From the NCBI GenBank assembly GCA_963749495.1, contig CAVVMW010000023.1, forward strand, positions 829,698-893,697: 64,000 bases of DNA, written 5' to 3'. The DNA is from an uncultured bacterium. GTDB lineage: Bacteria; Verrucomicrobiota; Verrucomicrobiia; Limisphaerales; UBA8199. The translations under genes were made by a program, and so were the position numbers. The notes under the pieces are model-generated. The model did not search any database and was not told the DNA's origin. It worked only from the letters and a program-made list of their open reading frames with translations. Below are positions 1 to 8,905 of the stretch, piece after piece. Position 1 is the stretch's first letter. Each line of letters opens with the position of its first letter.

Positions 1-1
1 C

Positions 2-418
2 GCCGACGTTCGCTTTAGCATCCTGCACAACCACCGGAAACTGGAGGAATTGGAGGCCCCGGTGAGCGCCCACCTGAAGGCCAGCGGGCCGCTCAGGGTG
101 GTGACCCGCCAGAACCTGTTCGAGTTCGCCCTGGACGGCGATCAGGTCAGCCTGGTCATCAGGGAAGGACGGAAACTCGACGGTTTGCCTTACCAGGCTG
201 TGCCGGAAGCCGTGCAACTCTTTTGCAACGAGGCCATCACCCTGCACAAGAACCAGCACCTGTTCTGGCATCTGACGGAGGACGAGGTCCGCCAGGTGGC
301 GGCTGAATTCCAGGAACTGGCCGGTGCCGGCGGCATCCTGGTGACGAAAGGGCGCCACGCCGTGCTCGTTCAAATCAAGGACGGGAAACTCGACCTGAGC
401 GCCTGCGATAGCCTCTGA
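2..418 (+). CDS. hypothetical protein, 5'-truncated by window edge
   Basis: Frame is open from base 2 (ADVRFSILHNHRKLEELEAP...) to TGA at 418; no recognisable motif. Confidence 0.6.
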   Translation, partial: ADVRFSILHNHRKLEELEAPVSAHLKASGPLRVVTRQNLFEFALDGDQVSLVIREGRKLDGLPYQAVPEAVQLFCNEAITLHKNQHLFWHLTEDEVRQVAAEFQELAGAGGILVTKGRHAVLVQIKDGKLDLSACDSL

Positions 419-494
419 CTCGCTCCATCTGCCGTTTTGCGACGTTCTTTGACTTCCGCGAGGGCGACAGCGGCCAAACGGGACGGGAAGGCAA

Positions 495-502
495 TACAAT
501 GG
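495..502 (+). promoter_or_regulatory. putative -10 element TACAAT(GG), 5 nt before ATG 506
   Basis: gcaaTACAATGGaggATG; same motif recurs before other backbone genes. Confidence 0.4.
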
Positions 503-505
503 AGG

Positions 506-3274
506 ATGCTGGGTGAAGTTGCACGCCGACTGGCGCGCCAGGTTCCTGAATGCCGCAACTGGGCATACGGGGCCCAGGCAACCTCGCTTCTAGTGCTGGC
601 CACGCCGCAGTTGGGCGTCTTGTCCCGCCTGATGCGGCCGGCCGCGTTGTGGCTGCCGGGAGGCGTTGTCATCCCCGAGGCCGCGCTGGGAGTGCTCACG
701 GTTTCCCTGGGCAGCCTGATCGCTTCCAAGCTGGCGGTCAAAAACAACTGGCCCATCGCCCGGCCCCGCAAACGGGTCAAGAACCTGGAAATCACCCTGG
801 GCGGCATGACCTTCAATGAACAGGCGCTCTTCACGAACATCATCGCCTTTGGCGCCATCGGCGCGGGCAAAACGGCGGCCGTCATTTATCCGATCCTCAA
901 CTCGATCACCGCCCTTTACAAAAACGAAGACCCCAAGGAACCGGACGCCAAGTGGGGCGGATTTGTCCTCGACGTTAAAGGCGATTTCCACGAGGCCCTG
1001 ATACTTCTAATGCAGAAACACGGCCGCGATCTCCTGGAGGACCTGGTCGTCATCCGCCCGGACAACGACTATTACATCCTGGAATTCGAGGAGGTCACGA
1101 CGGGCGAGCATTTCCTGGTGAGTTGCATGGGCGGCACTTCAATGCAGGAATGCGACCTGGTCCTGGAAACGGCGGCGGGGCCTCCGGAGGTCATCACCAC
1201 GGACCCGTCCGGCAACAAGGTGCTGTTGCTGCAGGACGGCAGCGGGCAGGAGATGCTCTCCTCGCACATGTTCAGCGACCGCGGCACGTACCTGCGGCCG
1301 GAGGTTTACGCCCGGCTCAAACAACTCGAATTCGACGTGACCGGGAAGGCCATCCGCTGGCTTGGTTGGCGCGAGGAGAAAAGCGGCACGCTGAGCCGGG
1401 TTTCCCATACCCAGAAGCGCCAGCGCGTTTACGTTCGCGACGCCCGGGGCGGCATCGTCACGACCGAGAAACCCAAACGCCTGCGCTACCTGGGCGTGCA
1501 TTCCATCAACAACGGCCTGACATACAACCTCGTGCCGCGCGGCGCCGCCTCCACGGAAGCCGCGGGCCGCATCATGTCGGTGGCCGAGGTCACCGGGAAT
1601 TCGTTCGGCAGCGACAACGCCTACTGGGCGCAGGCCTCGGAAAAGCACATTGCCCATTGCATCGAGTTGTTCCGGCAGGTGGAAGGCCCCCAGGGCCGCG
1701 AATGCAGCGTCAACGACATTCAGCGGTTCACGTCGAATGAAAACGATCTCAAAGAGTACCTGAACAAGCTCGAAGCCGTCATCCGCCGCAAACAGGAGAT
1801 GGGGGCCAACGATTACGAAATCCTCCTGTTGCGCAACCTGAAGGACTACTTCCTGGGCGAGTGGGTGCCGCACGATCCCAAGACCAAGGGCAATATCATG
1901 TCGTGCGTGACCAACCTTTTCGGCGACGTGACGCGCAACGCGCAACTGCTGAAGACCTTTTGCCAGCCCTCCCGCTTCAGCTTCGAGGACTGCCTCAACA
2001 GCGGCAAGGTCTACACGCTGGTCTTGAGCGCCTATCCCAACGCGCAAATGCTGATCGGCACGTGCATGAAATTGGATTTCCAGCAGGTGGTCCTGAAGCG
2101 AACCCAGGCCGCGCCGGTCAACAAGAAGCGGTTTCTTTGCTTCGTGGCCGACGAATACCAGTTCTTCATCACCACCTCCGGCGGCGGGGCCAGGTCGGGC
2201 GGAGACGAGAAGTTCCTGTCCCTCTCCCGCCAGTCGCGGATTCTGAACCTGGTCTGCACCCAGGCCAAGTCCATGCTGCTGGCGGTGCAGCGCGACGAGA
2301 ACAAAATCGACGCGTTCATACAGTGCTTCGGGTCGCGGGTTTTTCTCCAGGGGCTGGACGAGAAAACCAATAAGCTGGCGGAAGCCACGATGGGCCAGGT
2401 CTGGTGGGACCGCGAAGATTTCCAGGGGCACGACCTGAGGCTCTCCACCGCCATGGAAGGCAGAGCCCCCTCCATCACCCGGCGAAAAGAGAAGCAACCG
2501 CGGTACGAGGCGTCGTATTTCACACAACTGCGGCCCTTCGACGCCGTGATTTTCAACAAGGAGCAAACAAGCCCCCAGCGCCGCATCGTAAAGACCAACC
2601 TTCGCCAGACCGCCTGCTTCTTCGACAAGAACGAACTCGCCGCGGCCGCCAACGATTATTACCAGGCCTACATCGAGAACCGCGCCTGGCAGTTGGGAAT
2701 TCCTCACCTCTTCGACCCGCGCGACAACCTCAAACCGGCCGACCCCAAAGAACAGGAGCATCGCGCCAAGGGGATTCTGCGCTCCTGGCGCAGCAACCTG
2801 CCCATCGGTCTTCCCGAAGCCGCAGCCGGGGCTGGCAACGAGCCAGGGTCCGATTTCAACGGCGACAGCAACGCGGAAGACCAGACCGGGACCCCGGCCG
2901 ACATCACGGAGGAAGCCGCCAAGCAGATCATGCAGGAACTCGGAGCCCCCAAACCGGAAGACTTGTTCAAATACGTCGAGCAGAACAAATCCTGGCTTTC
3001 GGATCTGGAAGCCAGCCAGCGGAGCGATCCTTTCTACCGACCCGAAGACGACAAGATCACGGTGCCCGCAACCACGAGCGAAGCGGAGCCGCCGCCTAAT
3101 GAGCCGACCAGCGATTTTGACGCCGAGCTGGAGAAGGTGGTGAACGAAATCGAACCGCCCAAAGGAGTGGAGAAAGCCACTCGCGAACGGGCCGTCAACC
3201 GGGTGTTCGCGAACCTCGACAGCGTGCCCGACGACCTCCACAACCCGGATGCAGACCAGCGCACCGGCGCATAG
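506..3274 (+). CDS. type IV secretion coupling protein (VirD4/TraD/TraG-like ATPase)
   Basis: N-terminal hydrophobic segments, Walker A GAIGAGKT, FVLDVKGD, Walker B FVADEYQ, LSRQSR..LVCTQ as in the TraG-D C-terminal domain; acidic low-complexity tail. ATG 506 chosen over ORF start 437. Confidence 0.85.
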   Translation: MLGEVARRLARQVPECRNWAYGAQATSLLVLATPQLGVLSRLMRPAALWLPGGVVIPEAALGVLTVSLGSLIASKLAVKNNWPIARPRKRVKNLEITLGGMTFNEQALFTNIIAFGAIGAGKTAAVIYPILNSITALYKNEDPKEPDAKWGGFVLDVKGDFHEALILLMQKHGRDLLEDLVVIRPDNDYYILEFEEVTTGEHFLVSCMGGTSMQECDLVLETAAGPPEVITTDPSGNKVLLLQDGSGQEMLSSHMFSDRGTYLRPEVYARLKQLEFDVTGKAIRWLGWREEKSGTLSRVSHTQKRQRVYVRDARGGIVTTEKPKRLRYLGVHSINNGLTYNLVPRGAASTEAAGRIMSVAEVTGNSFGSDNAYWAQASEKHIAHCIELFRQVEGPQGRECSVNDIQRFTSNENDLKEYLNKLEAVIRRKQEMGANDYEILLLRNLKDYFLGEWVPHDPKTKGNIMSCVTNLFGDVTRNAQLLKTFCQPSRFSFEDCLNSGKVYTLVLSAYPNAQMLIGTCMKLDFQQVVLKRTQAAPVNKKRFLCFVADEYQFFITTSGGGARSGGDEKFLSLSRQSRILNLVCTQAKSMLLAVQRDENKIDAFIQCFGSRVFLQGLDEKTNKLAEATMGQVWWDREDFQGHDLRLSTAMEGRAPSITRRKEKQPRYEASYFTQLRPFDAVIFNKEQTSPQRRIVKTNLRQTACFFDKNELAAAANDYYQAYIENRAWQLGIPHLFDPRDNLKPADPKEQEHRAKGILRSWRSNLPIGLPEAAAGAGNEPGSDFNGDSNAEDQTGTPADITEEAAKQIMQELGAPKPEDLFKYVEQNKSWLSDLEASQRSDPFYRPEDDKITVPATTSEAEPPPNEPTSDFDAELEKVVNEIEPPKGVEKATRERAVNRVFANLDSVPDDLHNPDADQRTGA

Positions 3275-4064
3275 GCGCCTTTACGACATCTCGGAAGTCT
3301 CCTGCCCGGACTCCTGCAACCAGGCCGGGCACGAGAAAGGCTGCCATTTCCGCATGGGACCGGACCGGTTCACCTGCACCAAGTGCCAGCTGCGCATCTG
3401 GCGGAACTTCATGGGGTACGAGTTGACCCCAACGGACCTTCAGGAAATGCTGCACGGGGAGAAGGTGACATCCACCGAGAAAACCCTGACCCGCCACAAG
3501 GACGGCCAGGAAATCACGATTTGCGGCCGTTTGATGTTCAGCGAGGAGTACCAGGTCCGCATCGCGCCCAAGATCAAAGCCAAGCAGCCCACCGACCAGC
3601 CCTGCCCCAAGTGCCAGACCGGCAAACTCCAACTCATCACCGGCATCGACGATGGGAAATGGTATGGCTGCAGCGCCTATCCGCAATGCCGCTTCACCAA
3701 GCCTTACGTTCCGCACACATTCAAATCCGCGCTGCTCGAAGCAGGCAGCCGCGGTGCCAAATCCGATTCCAAAGACGGTCAGGAGAGCGCCGGCGGCGGA
3801 CAAAGCCAGTCCTCGACACTGAAGATGCGGAAAACCGTGCCGCGGCTGCAAACGCCTGCCGGGAATCAATGCAAACAGCCGCGCGAGGCCCTCATCGCGG
3901 AGAACGAGGCGCCAATTCCAATGGCCGGAATTGCCCCGACGGCAGCCGCGAACCAACCCGCCGCCCCGGACAGATACCGGCATATTCCAAAATTCATTTT
4001 GGAAATGCTCCATTTGACTCAACCGCCCAAGGTGGCGCCGCCTGAAAGCCGGTCCATTACCTAG
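3249..4064 (+). CDS. stand-alone topoisomerase C-terminal repeat + C4 zinc-ribbon protein (no catalytic core)
   Basis: CTKCQLRIWRNFMGYELTPTDLQEML resembles the TopB C-terminal repeat; CPKCQTGKL...WYGCSAYPQCRFT is a topoisomerase I zinc ribbon; overlaps the T4CP stop. Confidence 0.75.
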   Translation: MQTSAPAHRRLYDISEVSCPDSCNQAGHEKGCHFRMGPDRFTCTKCQLRIWRNFMGYELTPTDLQEMLHGEKVTSTEKTLTRHKDGQEITICGRLMFSEEYQVRIAPKIKAKQPTDQPCPKCQTGKLQLITGIDDGKWYGCSAYPQCRFTKPYVPHTFKSALLEAGSRGAKSDSKDGQESAGGGQSQSSTLKMRKTVPRLQTPAGNQCKQPREALIAENEAPIPMAGIAPTAAANQPAAPDRYRHIPKFILEMLHLTQPPKVAPPESRSIT

Positions 4065-4174
4065 GCGCCACTTGGAATCGCTGGCCCAGACCGGTGTCAA
4101 GGGGCGTCCCTTGCCATCTGGATCGTTGAGATTCAAGAAATGTTGTCGCCCAGCAGGAGGCCAAACCCAATCGT

Positions 4175-4552
4175 ATGCGCAAACCCCCGCATTCAGCCGA
4201 AGGCCCGGAAAGAGGCGGGCAGACCGACTTTCATACTGCCAAAGCATCTGAATTCTTCGCCAGGAACGGCGGCAGAAACCCGCAAGCCATTCGGTTGCGC
4301 GCCGAACCCTCGGGCGACGGCGAGAATTACCAGGAAATCGCCATCCGCGCCTTTCGAGGGCGCGACGCCATTGCCGACCTGGTAGTTGGACCTAATTCCG
4401 ATGGAAACCTTCGAGTTGTCTGCACCGCAGACGGCCGGGGGGACGGGGACCGGGCCGTGGCCCTTTTCCCAGGATTGGCGGCAGGCCAAATGGTTCTGCG
4501 CGCGGTTTGCAACCTCGGCCGGGCGTGCGCCAACAAGTCCGAGGCCCCGTGA
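4175..4552 (+). CDS. hypothetical protein (125 aa)
   Basis: AGGAGG at ~4155 upstream; protein-like composition; fills the gap between neighbouring genes. Confidence 0.5.
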   Translation: MRKPPHSAEGPERGGQTDFHTAKASEFFARNGGRNPQAIRLRAEPSGDGENYQEIAIRAFRGRDAIADLVVGPNSDGNLRVVCTADGRGDGDRAVALFPGLAAGQMVLRAVCNLGRACANKSEAP

Positions 4553-4560
4553 AACGGTCT

Positions 4561-6963
4561 TTACGCAAATGACGGGGGGGCGAAGGTGAACGGATCGACT
4601 TCCAGTTTCCCGTGGCCCAGCATGGCATTGTTAAAGGCGTCCGTCAGCAGGTCCCGAGCGACGCGCTTGGGCGAGCGTCCCGACGGGTAGCACCGCGCAT
4701 CGGCTTCGATCTCCACGGCGTCCTTTGATTGTTCCGCGCGTTCGGCCAACGCGGCGGCGCGCGCGTTCAGCTGCTGTTCCCGCTGCTCCGGCTCCGGGAT
4801 CGCCGCCAGTCGAAAATAATCCGACAGCGCGCCTTCCATCAATTCCTCCACCAGCTCGGAAACAATCTTGGCGCTCTGGGGTCCGCTGTAAACCGAACCT
4901 TCCACATTCTTGAACTCCAGTGACGAGGGCAGGCTCGTCTTGAAGAATTCCAACGAATCGCGCACCGTGCGCTGCAGCGCTTTCAGGGCTGCCCCGGCCA
5001 CCGCCGAAGTCTTGGAATTCACAAGCTCTCCTTTGACTTGCGCTTCCGGACTGAGCGCCTTGACCACGTCTTCAGGCGATTCGGACGCCAGCCGGGCCAA
5101 CGCCGTCGGAGTCAGGGACTGGACGCGAACCCGCGAATCCAGCGCCGCCTCCACCTTCGCGTGGTAGTCCGGGACGTTTTGCCTGCCGAATTCATCCAGT
5201 TTTTCGGCCAGGCGCTGGTTGTCCGTTTCGATGGATTCGTGGAGCGCCAGCGCGACGGCCGCCTCCGTTTTGCTCAGGTTATAGGCAGCACCCAGGAAGG
5301 AGGCCTCGCGCCCGTATTCTTCCGGGGAGCGCCCGGTCAGCACGCTGACCTCCCTGAGCAAGGCCTCTGCTTTCTCGTCGGAGACGCTTCGGTAGATGGC
5401 ACAGGCGCTGCGCAAGAGCAGCCCGCGCGAACGGGTCACTTCCGGGACCCCGGCGCTCCTGGCTGAAAGGCGAGGCAGGAGGGAACGCGGAGGCGCCAGC
5501 GTCTCCAAGCCGGAGCCTTTGGAGCACACAAAGCCGGAGGCGCACGACATCAAAAGCTGCCGGGCGGCGTCAAATCTGCGGTAGATGCCGGCCGGATCGG
5601 ACAAGGGGGTCCGGGTTTTTGTGAAGCGATCGGTCACCTTGTGCTCATTCTCCGCCTGCAGCGCCTCGAAAGCGGAGGCGCAGGGGATCGGCTCGCTGAT
5701 GCCCCAGTAAGCTCGCAGCAGGTCACGGGAAACGTAGTTCAACAGGGCCGCCTGAGATGCCTGTTGAATCGTGGTCTCATGATTTGGCAGCTCCACGCCA
5801 AAACTCCGGGGGTCCGCCACCAGCCGGGACAACTCCCGCCCGAAATCCAGTTCGGTCCCGTCCGACATCTTGAGCGGCGCCCGGGAAGGTGCGACCGCAT
5901 CACGGGCCAGGTAGTTCAGCACTGCCAGGCCATACTGGGGGACCGAGCGGCGCCGCGAGCCTACCGCCTCGCAGAACTCCTCGAGCGGGCGCAACTTTTT
6001 GGCGCTCTCGTCTAGGAGGCTGGCCATGAATTGTTCGAACAGGGTTTTCACCTCGGCTTTTTGCCCGCCCGAGAGCGGGCGGCCGAGCCGCTTTTCCATG
6101 TTGGCGGCGATGCGCAGGGGCAGCTTGCTCCGGGCATAATTGTCCAAAGAAGTCACCGCGTAATCCAGGCGCTGACTTTGCCCCAAGGCGCGATCGAGCC
6201 TCTCACCCACCGCGTTCATCCAGCGGCTCTCCGCCGGCGGACCCACGATGTCGGTCAGCGTTACCTTGCCATAAAGGGCGCTGTTGGGCTGGGCGCCGGC
6301 AAACGTGCGCTCGGCCGCCGCGACCGCCGACAGGGAGTCCAGCCGCTGCTCGATGGTCAGGAAATCGCCCTCGAACGATGCGTGTCCCAGTTCGCGGGAT
6401 TCCTCGGGCGTCCGGCAGAAAGACCGGCTGTACGGCGAAAGAATCCGCACCAAATCCTTTTGATACGCCTTGAGCGGTTTCTCGCCCTCGCGCGGGAGAA
6501 GGAAACCGTGGTTGTCCTGGAAAAAGTTCCGGACATGGTTGAAGACGAAGCCGCCAGCCAGGTCGCGAACACATTGCCGGAACAGCCGGTTAAACCGCGC
6601 TGAGGGACGGAACCCCGTCTTTTCGTTCCCCGCCATGATATAGGTCAGGTCCGGGGAAGCATCCAGGACCTCGATTTCCTGCTCGTCGTTCGAGACGGAA
6701 ACCTTCAGGTTGATGCAGTTGCCCTGCAACATGGCGATCTTGTGTTCCCGTGAGCCGAACTCTTCCGGCGAGGTCATGCCCTCCAGCAGGTCCATGGGAA
6801 CCTCGACCACGAAGCTGTCAGAATCTCCGATGCGATGGAGATGCCTGAGGAAATCGCGAGCTTCGTTGTCCGAGGGGGAAAGCTCCAAACGGAGCGCGTC
6901 CCTCCCCAGCGCCGTGGCGTTGCGGACGAACAGACCTCCGATCGAATGGACGGCCTTTTTCAT
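4561..6963 (-). CDS. large orphan hypothetical protein (800 aa, probably helical)
   Basis: Long ORF with normal composition; TAAAATGG upstream on the minus strand (6971-6978); no motif recognised. Confidence 0.75.
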   Translation of the reverse strand: MKKAVHSIGGLFVRNATALGRDALRLELSPSDNEARDFLRHLHRIGDSDSFVVEVPMDLLEGMTSPEEFGSREHKIAMLQGNCINLKVSVSNDEQEIEVLDASPDLTYIMAGNEKTGFRPSARFNRLFRQCVRDLAGGFVFNHVRNFFQDNHGFLLPREGEKPLKAYQKDLVRILSPYSRSFCRTPEESRELGHASFEGDFLTIEQRLDSLSAVAAAERTFAGAQPNSALYGKVTLTDIVGPPAESRWMNAVGERLDRALGQSQRLDYAVTSLDNYARSKLPLRIAANMEKRLGRPLSGGQKAEVKTLFEQFMASLLDESAKKLRPLEEFCEAVGSRRRSVPQYGLAVLNYLARDAVAPSRAPLKMSDGTELDFGRELSRLVADPRSFGVELPNHETTIQQASQAALLNYVSRDLLRAYWGISEPIPCASAFEALQAENEHKVTDRFTKTRTPLSDPAGIYRRFDAARQLLMSCASGFVCSKGSGLETLAPPRSLLPRLSARSAGVPEVTRSRGLLLRSACAIYRSVSDEKAEALLREVSVLTGRSPEEYGREASFLGAAYNLSKTEAAVALALHESIETDNQRLAEKLDEFGRQNVPDYHAKVEAALDSRVRVQSLTPTALARLASESPEDVVKALSPEAQVKGELVNSKTSAVAGAALKALQRTVRDSLEFFKTSLPSSLEFKNVEGSVYSGPQSAKIVSELVEELMEGALSDYFRLAAIPEPEQREQQLNARAAALAERAEQSKDAVEIEADARCYPSGRSPKRVARDLLTDAFNNAMLGHGKLEVDPFTFAPPSFA

Positions 6964-6970
6964 GCCTATC

Positions 6971-7050
6971 CCATTTTACGGCTGGCTCGGTCAAACCGGG
7001 CGCATTCCCATCGAAGCGCGAAGAAGCCTGGTGCGAGCGGACTAAAATGG
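6971..7050. promoter_or_regulatory. divergent pair of TAAAATGG putative -10 elements
   Basis: CCATTTTA at 6971-6978 (minus) and TAAAATGG at 7043-7050 (plus) between divergent genes. Confidence 0.4.
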
Positions 7051-7235
7051 AGTAGGATTGAAAAATGCGCCAAACGATGAATTGCGAAATACCGAAATAC
7101 GGCTCATGCGCGGGGAATCCCCTTCCAAGGGCGGGAGTTGGATCACATGACCCTCGCCGCGGCACACGGCTTACCCTGGCCGGATGATCGGAGCAAAACG
7201 CTTCGCGAAAAACACTTCTGCGGCAGAAACACGAA

Positions 7236-8789
7236 GTGAACAGCGAACTGCAAAACGCCGAGTTCCGAGACCGTTGGGCGCACATCGCCGAGCCGGGATG
7301 GGAGGTGAACCAGGAGATCTTCAGCCGGACTGGACGCCGCCGGACCAAAGTCCTCAACTGCGCGATCCCCTTGACGCAAGCCAAACGCCTCACGGATGCG
7401 ACTTTTCCTGCAGGTTGGAGTGCCGACAAGTGCCTGATCGCCAGTGTCGGCCGCAACGCCAGGCCGGAGCTGGCGAACTGGGACTACACCCCGCAAATCC
7501 AAGCCGTGCCGCAGCTCCCCCATTTCAAGACCCTGCCCCCGGAACACAGCACCTTGGTGCGCTCTCCCTGGTTCCAGAGCCCGCCACAGGCGACCGGGAT
7601 CGGCATCAACGCCCGGCATCTGCGTTACCACTATCAACTTTGGAACGAATTGCGGCCCAAAACCCTGCGCGGCGTGCATACCACTCTGGTTCATGTCACC
7701 CCGCAGCTTGGCTACAGTTTGACGCCTCACATCCGGCTCGACCAGGCGTTCAACTATTTTGCGGCCCTCTCGCGCTGGGCCGGGCCAGTGCAGTTGTTCC
7801 CGGCCAGTTACCTTTATCCGGATGCGCAACTGGGCTCCTGGCAACGCGCCCCGGCACCCATTTTTGCCGATCTCCTCCCTTGCGTAGGAGGCAGCAACTT
7901 CCCGCTCATTGATGGGACGCCGGATCCGTGGGGCAAGATTGCCCGATTTGAGGGACCGGATTACTTCTACGGGTATCCCTTCAATGCCGTAACCAACCCG
8001 GTGGAAGATGTCACGGCCCAGCAGAGGGTTTTGGGCAGCACGATCCTTCCCAATGGCCAATTGACCCAGGCGCGTGCTTCTGAGACCTGCGTGTACGCCA
8101 CCTTGGACGCGGAATTGAACCGCGCGTTAAAGCTGGACCGCGAGGCCTTCCAGGACGTCTACTGTCTGGCCCGCGGTGTTGTCGCCCACGACGGATTGCC
8201 GTTCCAGCTCCCGGTTGAGATGCAGACGACCGTCTTCGCGCTGGTGCTGACGGCCTGGGAACTGGAGATGGACCGTCCCGGCGATTTGACCGGGTTCACC
8301 CTCAGGACCCAGCATGCGGCGATTCGGGGCTACAACTTTTACCAGCGGATCGAGCCTTATTACTCGAACTTCATGCGGCTGGTGTGCGAGTTGGCCAAAA
8401 ACCCGGACTTCGAAGTTTACCCGTTGGCCACGCACCTGACGCATTCGTGGTTGGGGGGAAACCTCTGCCTTTCCAATCAACGGTCGGAGTCGGAGAAAAC
8501 GCTGGGGCCGCAGTTCATGCGCAGCTATTACCGGCAGCAACTGGACTGGTTCATGGGAGTGTTCAACCTCTGGAACACTGTCGAATTCCGCAAGGGCGCC
8601 GATTTGGAAAACCAACTCCAGTTTGGCGGCTTGGCCCTGCACCAGATGCAACCCCATCTGGCATTCGACTCGCATTATTTCCAACGGCCGCTGAAGCGCG
8701 CTTCCTTCTGGCCCGACCTGCATCCGGAGTGGCTGCATCACGACCAGGAATCGCGCGCCGACCAGCTCCCTCAAACCGCGGAGCGATAA
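7236..8789 (+). CDS. orphan hypothetical protein (517 aa, aromatic/Pro-rich)
   Basis: Long ORF with GTG start; no motif recognised. Confidence 0.7.
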   Translation: MNSELQNAEFRDRWAHIAEPGWEVNQEIFSRTGRRRTKVLNCAIPLTQAKRLTDATFPAGWSADKCLIASVGRNARPELANWDYTPQIQAVPQLPHFKTLPPEHSTLVRSPWFQSPPQATGIGINARHLRYHYQLWNELRPKTLRGVHTTLVHVTPQLGYSLTPHIRLDQAFNYFAALSRWAGPVQLFPASYLYPDAQLGSWQRAPAPIFADLLPCVGGSNFPLIDGTPDPWGKIARFEGPDYFYGYPFNAVTNPVEDVTAQQRVLGSTILPNGQLTQARASETCVYATLDAELNRALKLDREAFQDVYCLARGVVAHDGLPFQLPVEMQTTVFALVLTAWELEMDRPGDLTGFTLRTQHAAIRGYNFYQRIEPYYSNFMRLVCELAKNPDFEVYPLATHLTHSWLGGNLCLSNQRSESEKTLGPQFMRSYYRQQLDWFMGVFNLWNTVEFRKGADLENQLQFGGLALHQMQPHLAFDSHYFQRPLKRASFWPDLHPEWLHHDQESRADQLPQTAER

Positions 8790-8905
8790 GCCCGACGCCG
8801 AGATCAGAACTGCTTTCTGCCGAAGGCTGGGCCCGGTGCTGGGAGCGTTTCCGGGGCGCCTTTTTTCGGCGGCAAAGCTTCGCTCAACAATCCTTCGCGA
8901 ATCGA

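Noticed and set aside
1070..1530. Intein in the coupling protein
   Set aside because: No C-terminal HN/HQ followed by C/S/T and no recognisable intein blocks.
1139..3241. Long antisense ORFs (also 25256-27769, 34958-36745, 56634-58457 and others)
   Set aside because: Typical stop-poor shadows of real genes in high-GC DNA; no protein motifs.
7065..7187. 40-codon ORF after the TAAAATGG motif
   Set aside because: Too short and featureless to support; could be a leader peptide but there is no evidence.
8384..8905. N-terminal extension of the RNase H ORF
   Set aside because: Overlaps the 517-aa gene and reads as shadow-frame sequence; start placed at 8906.
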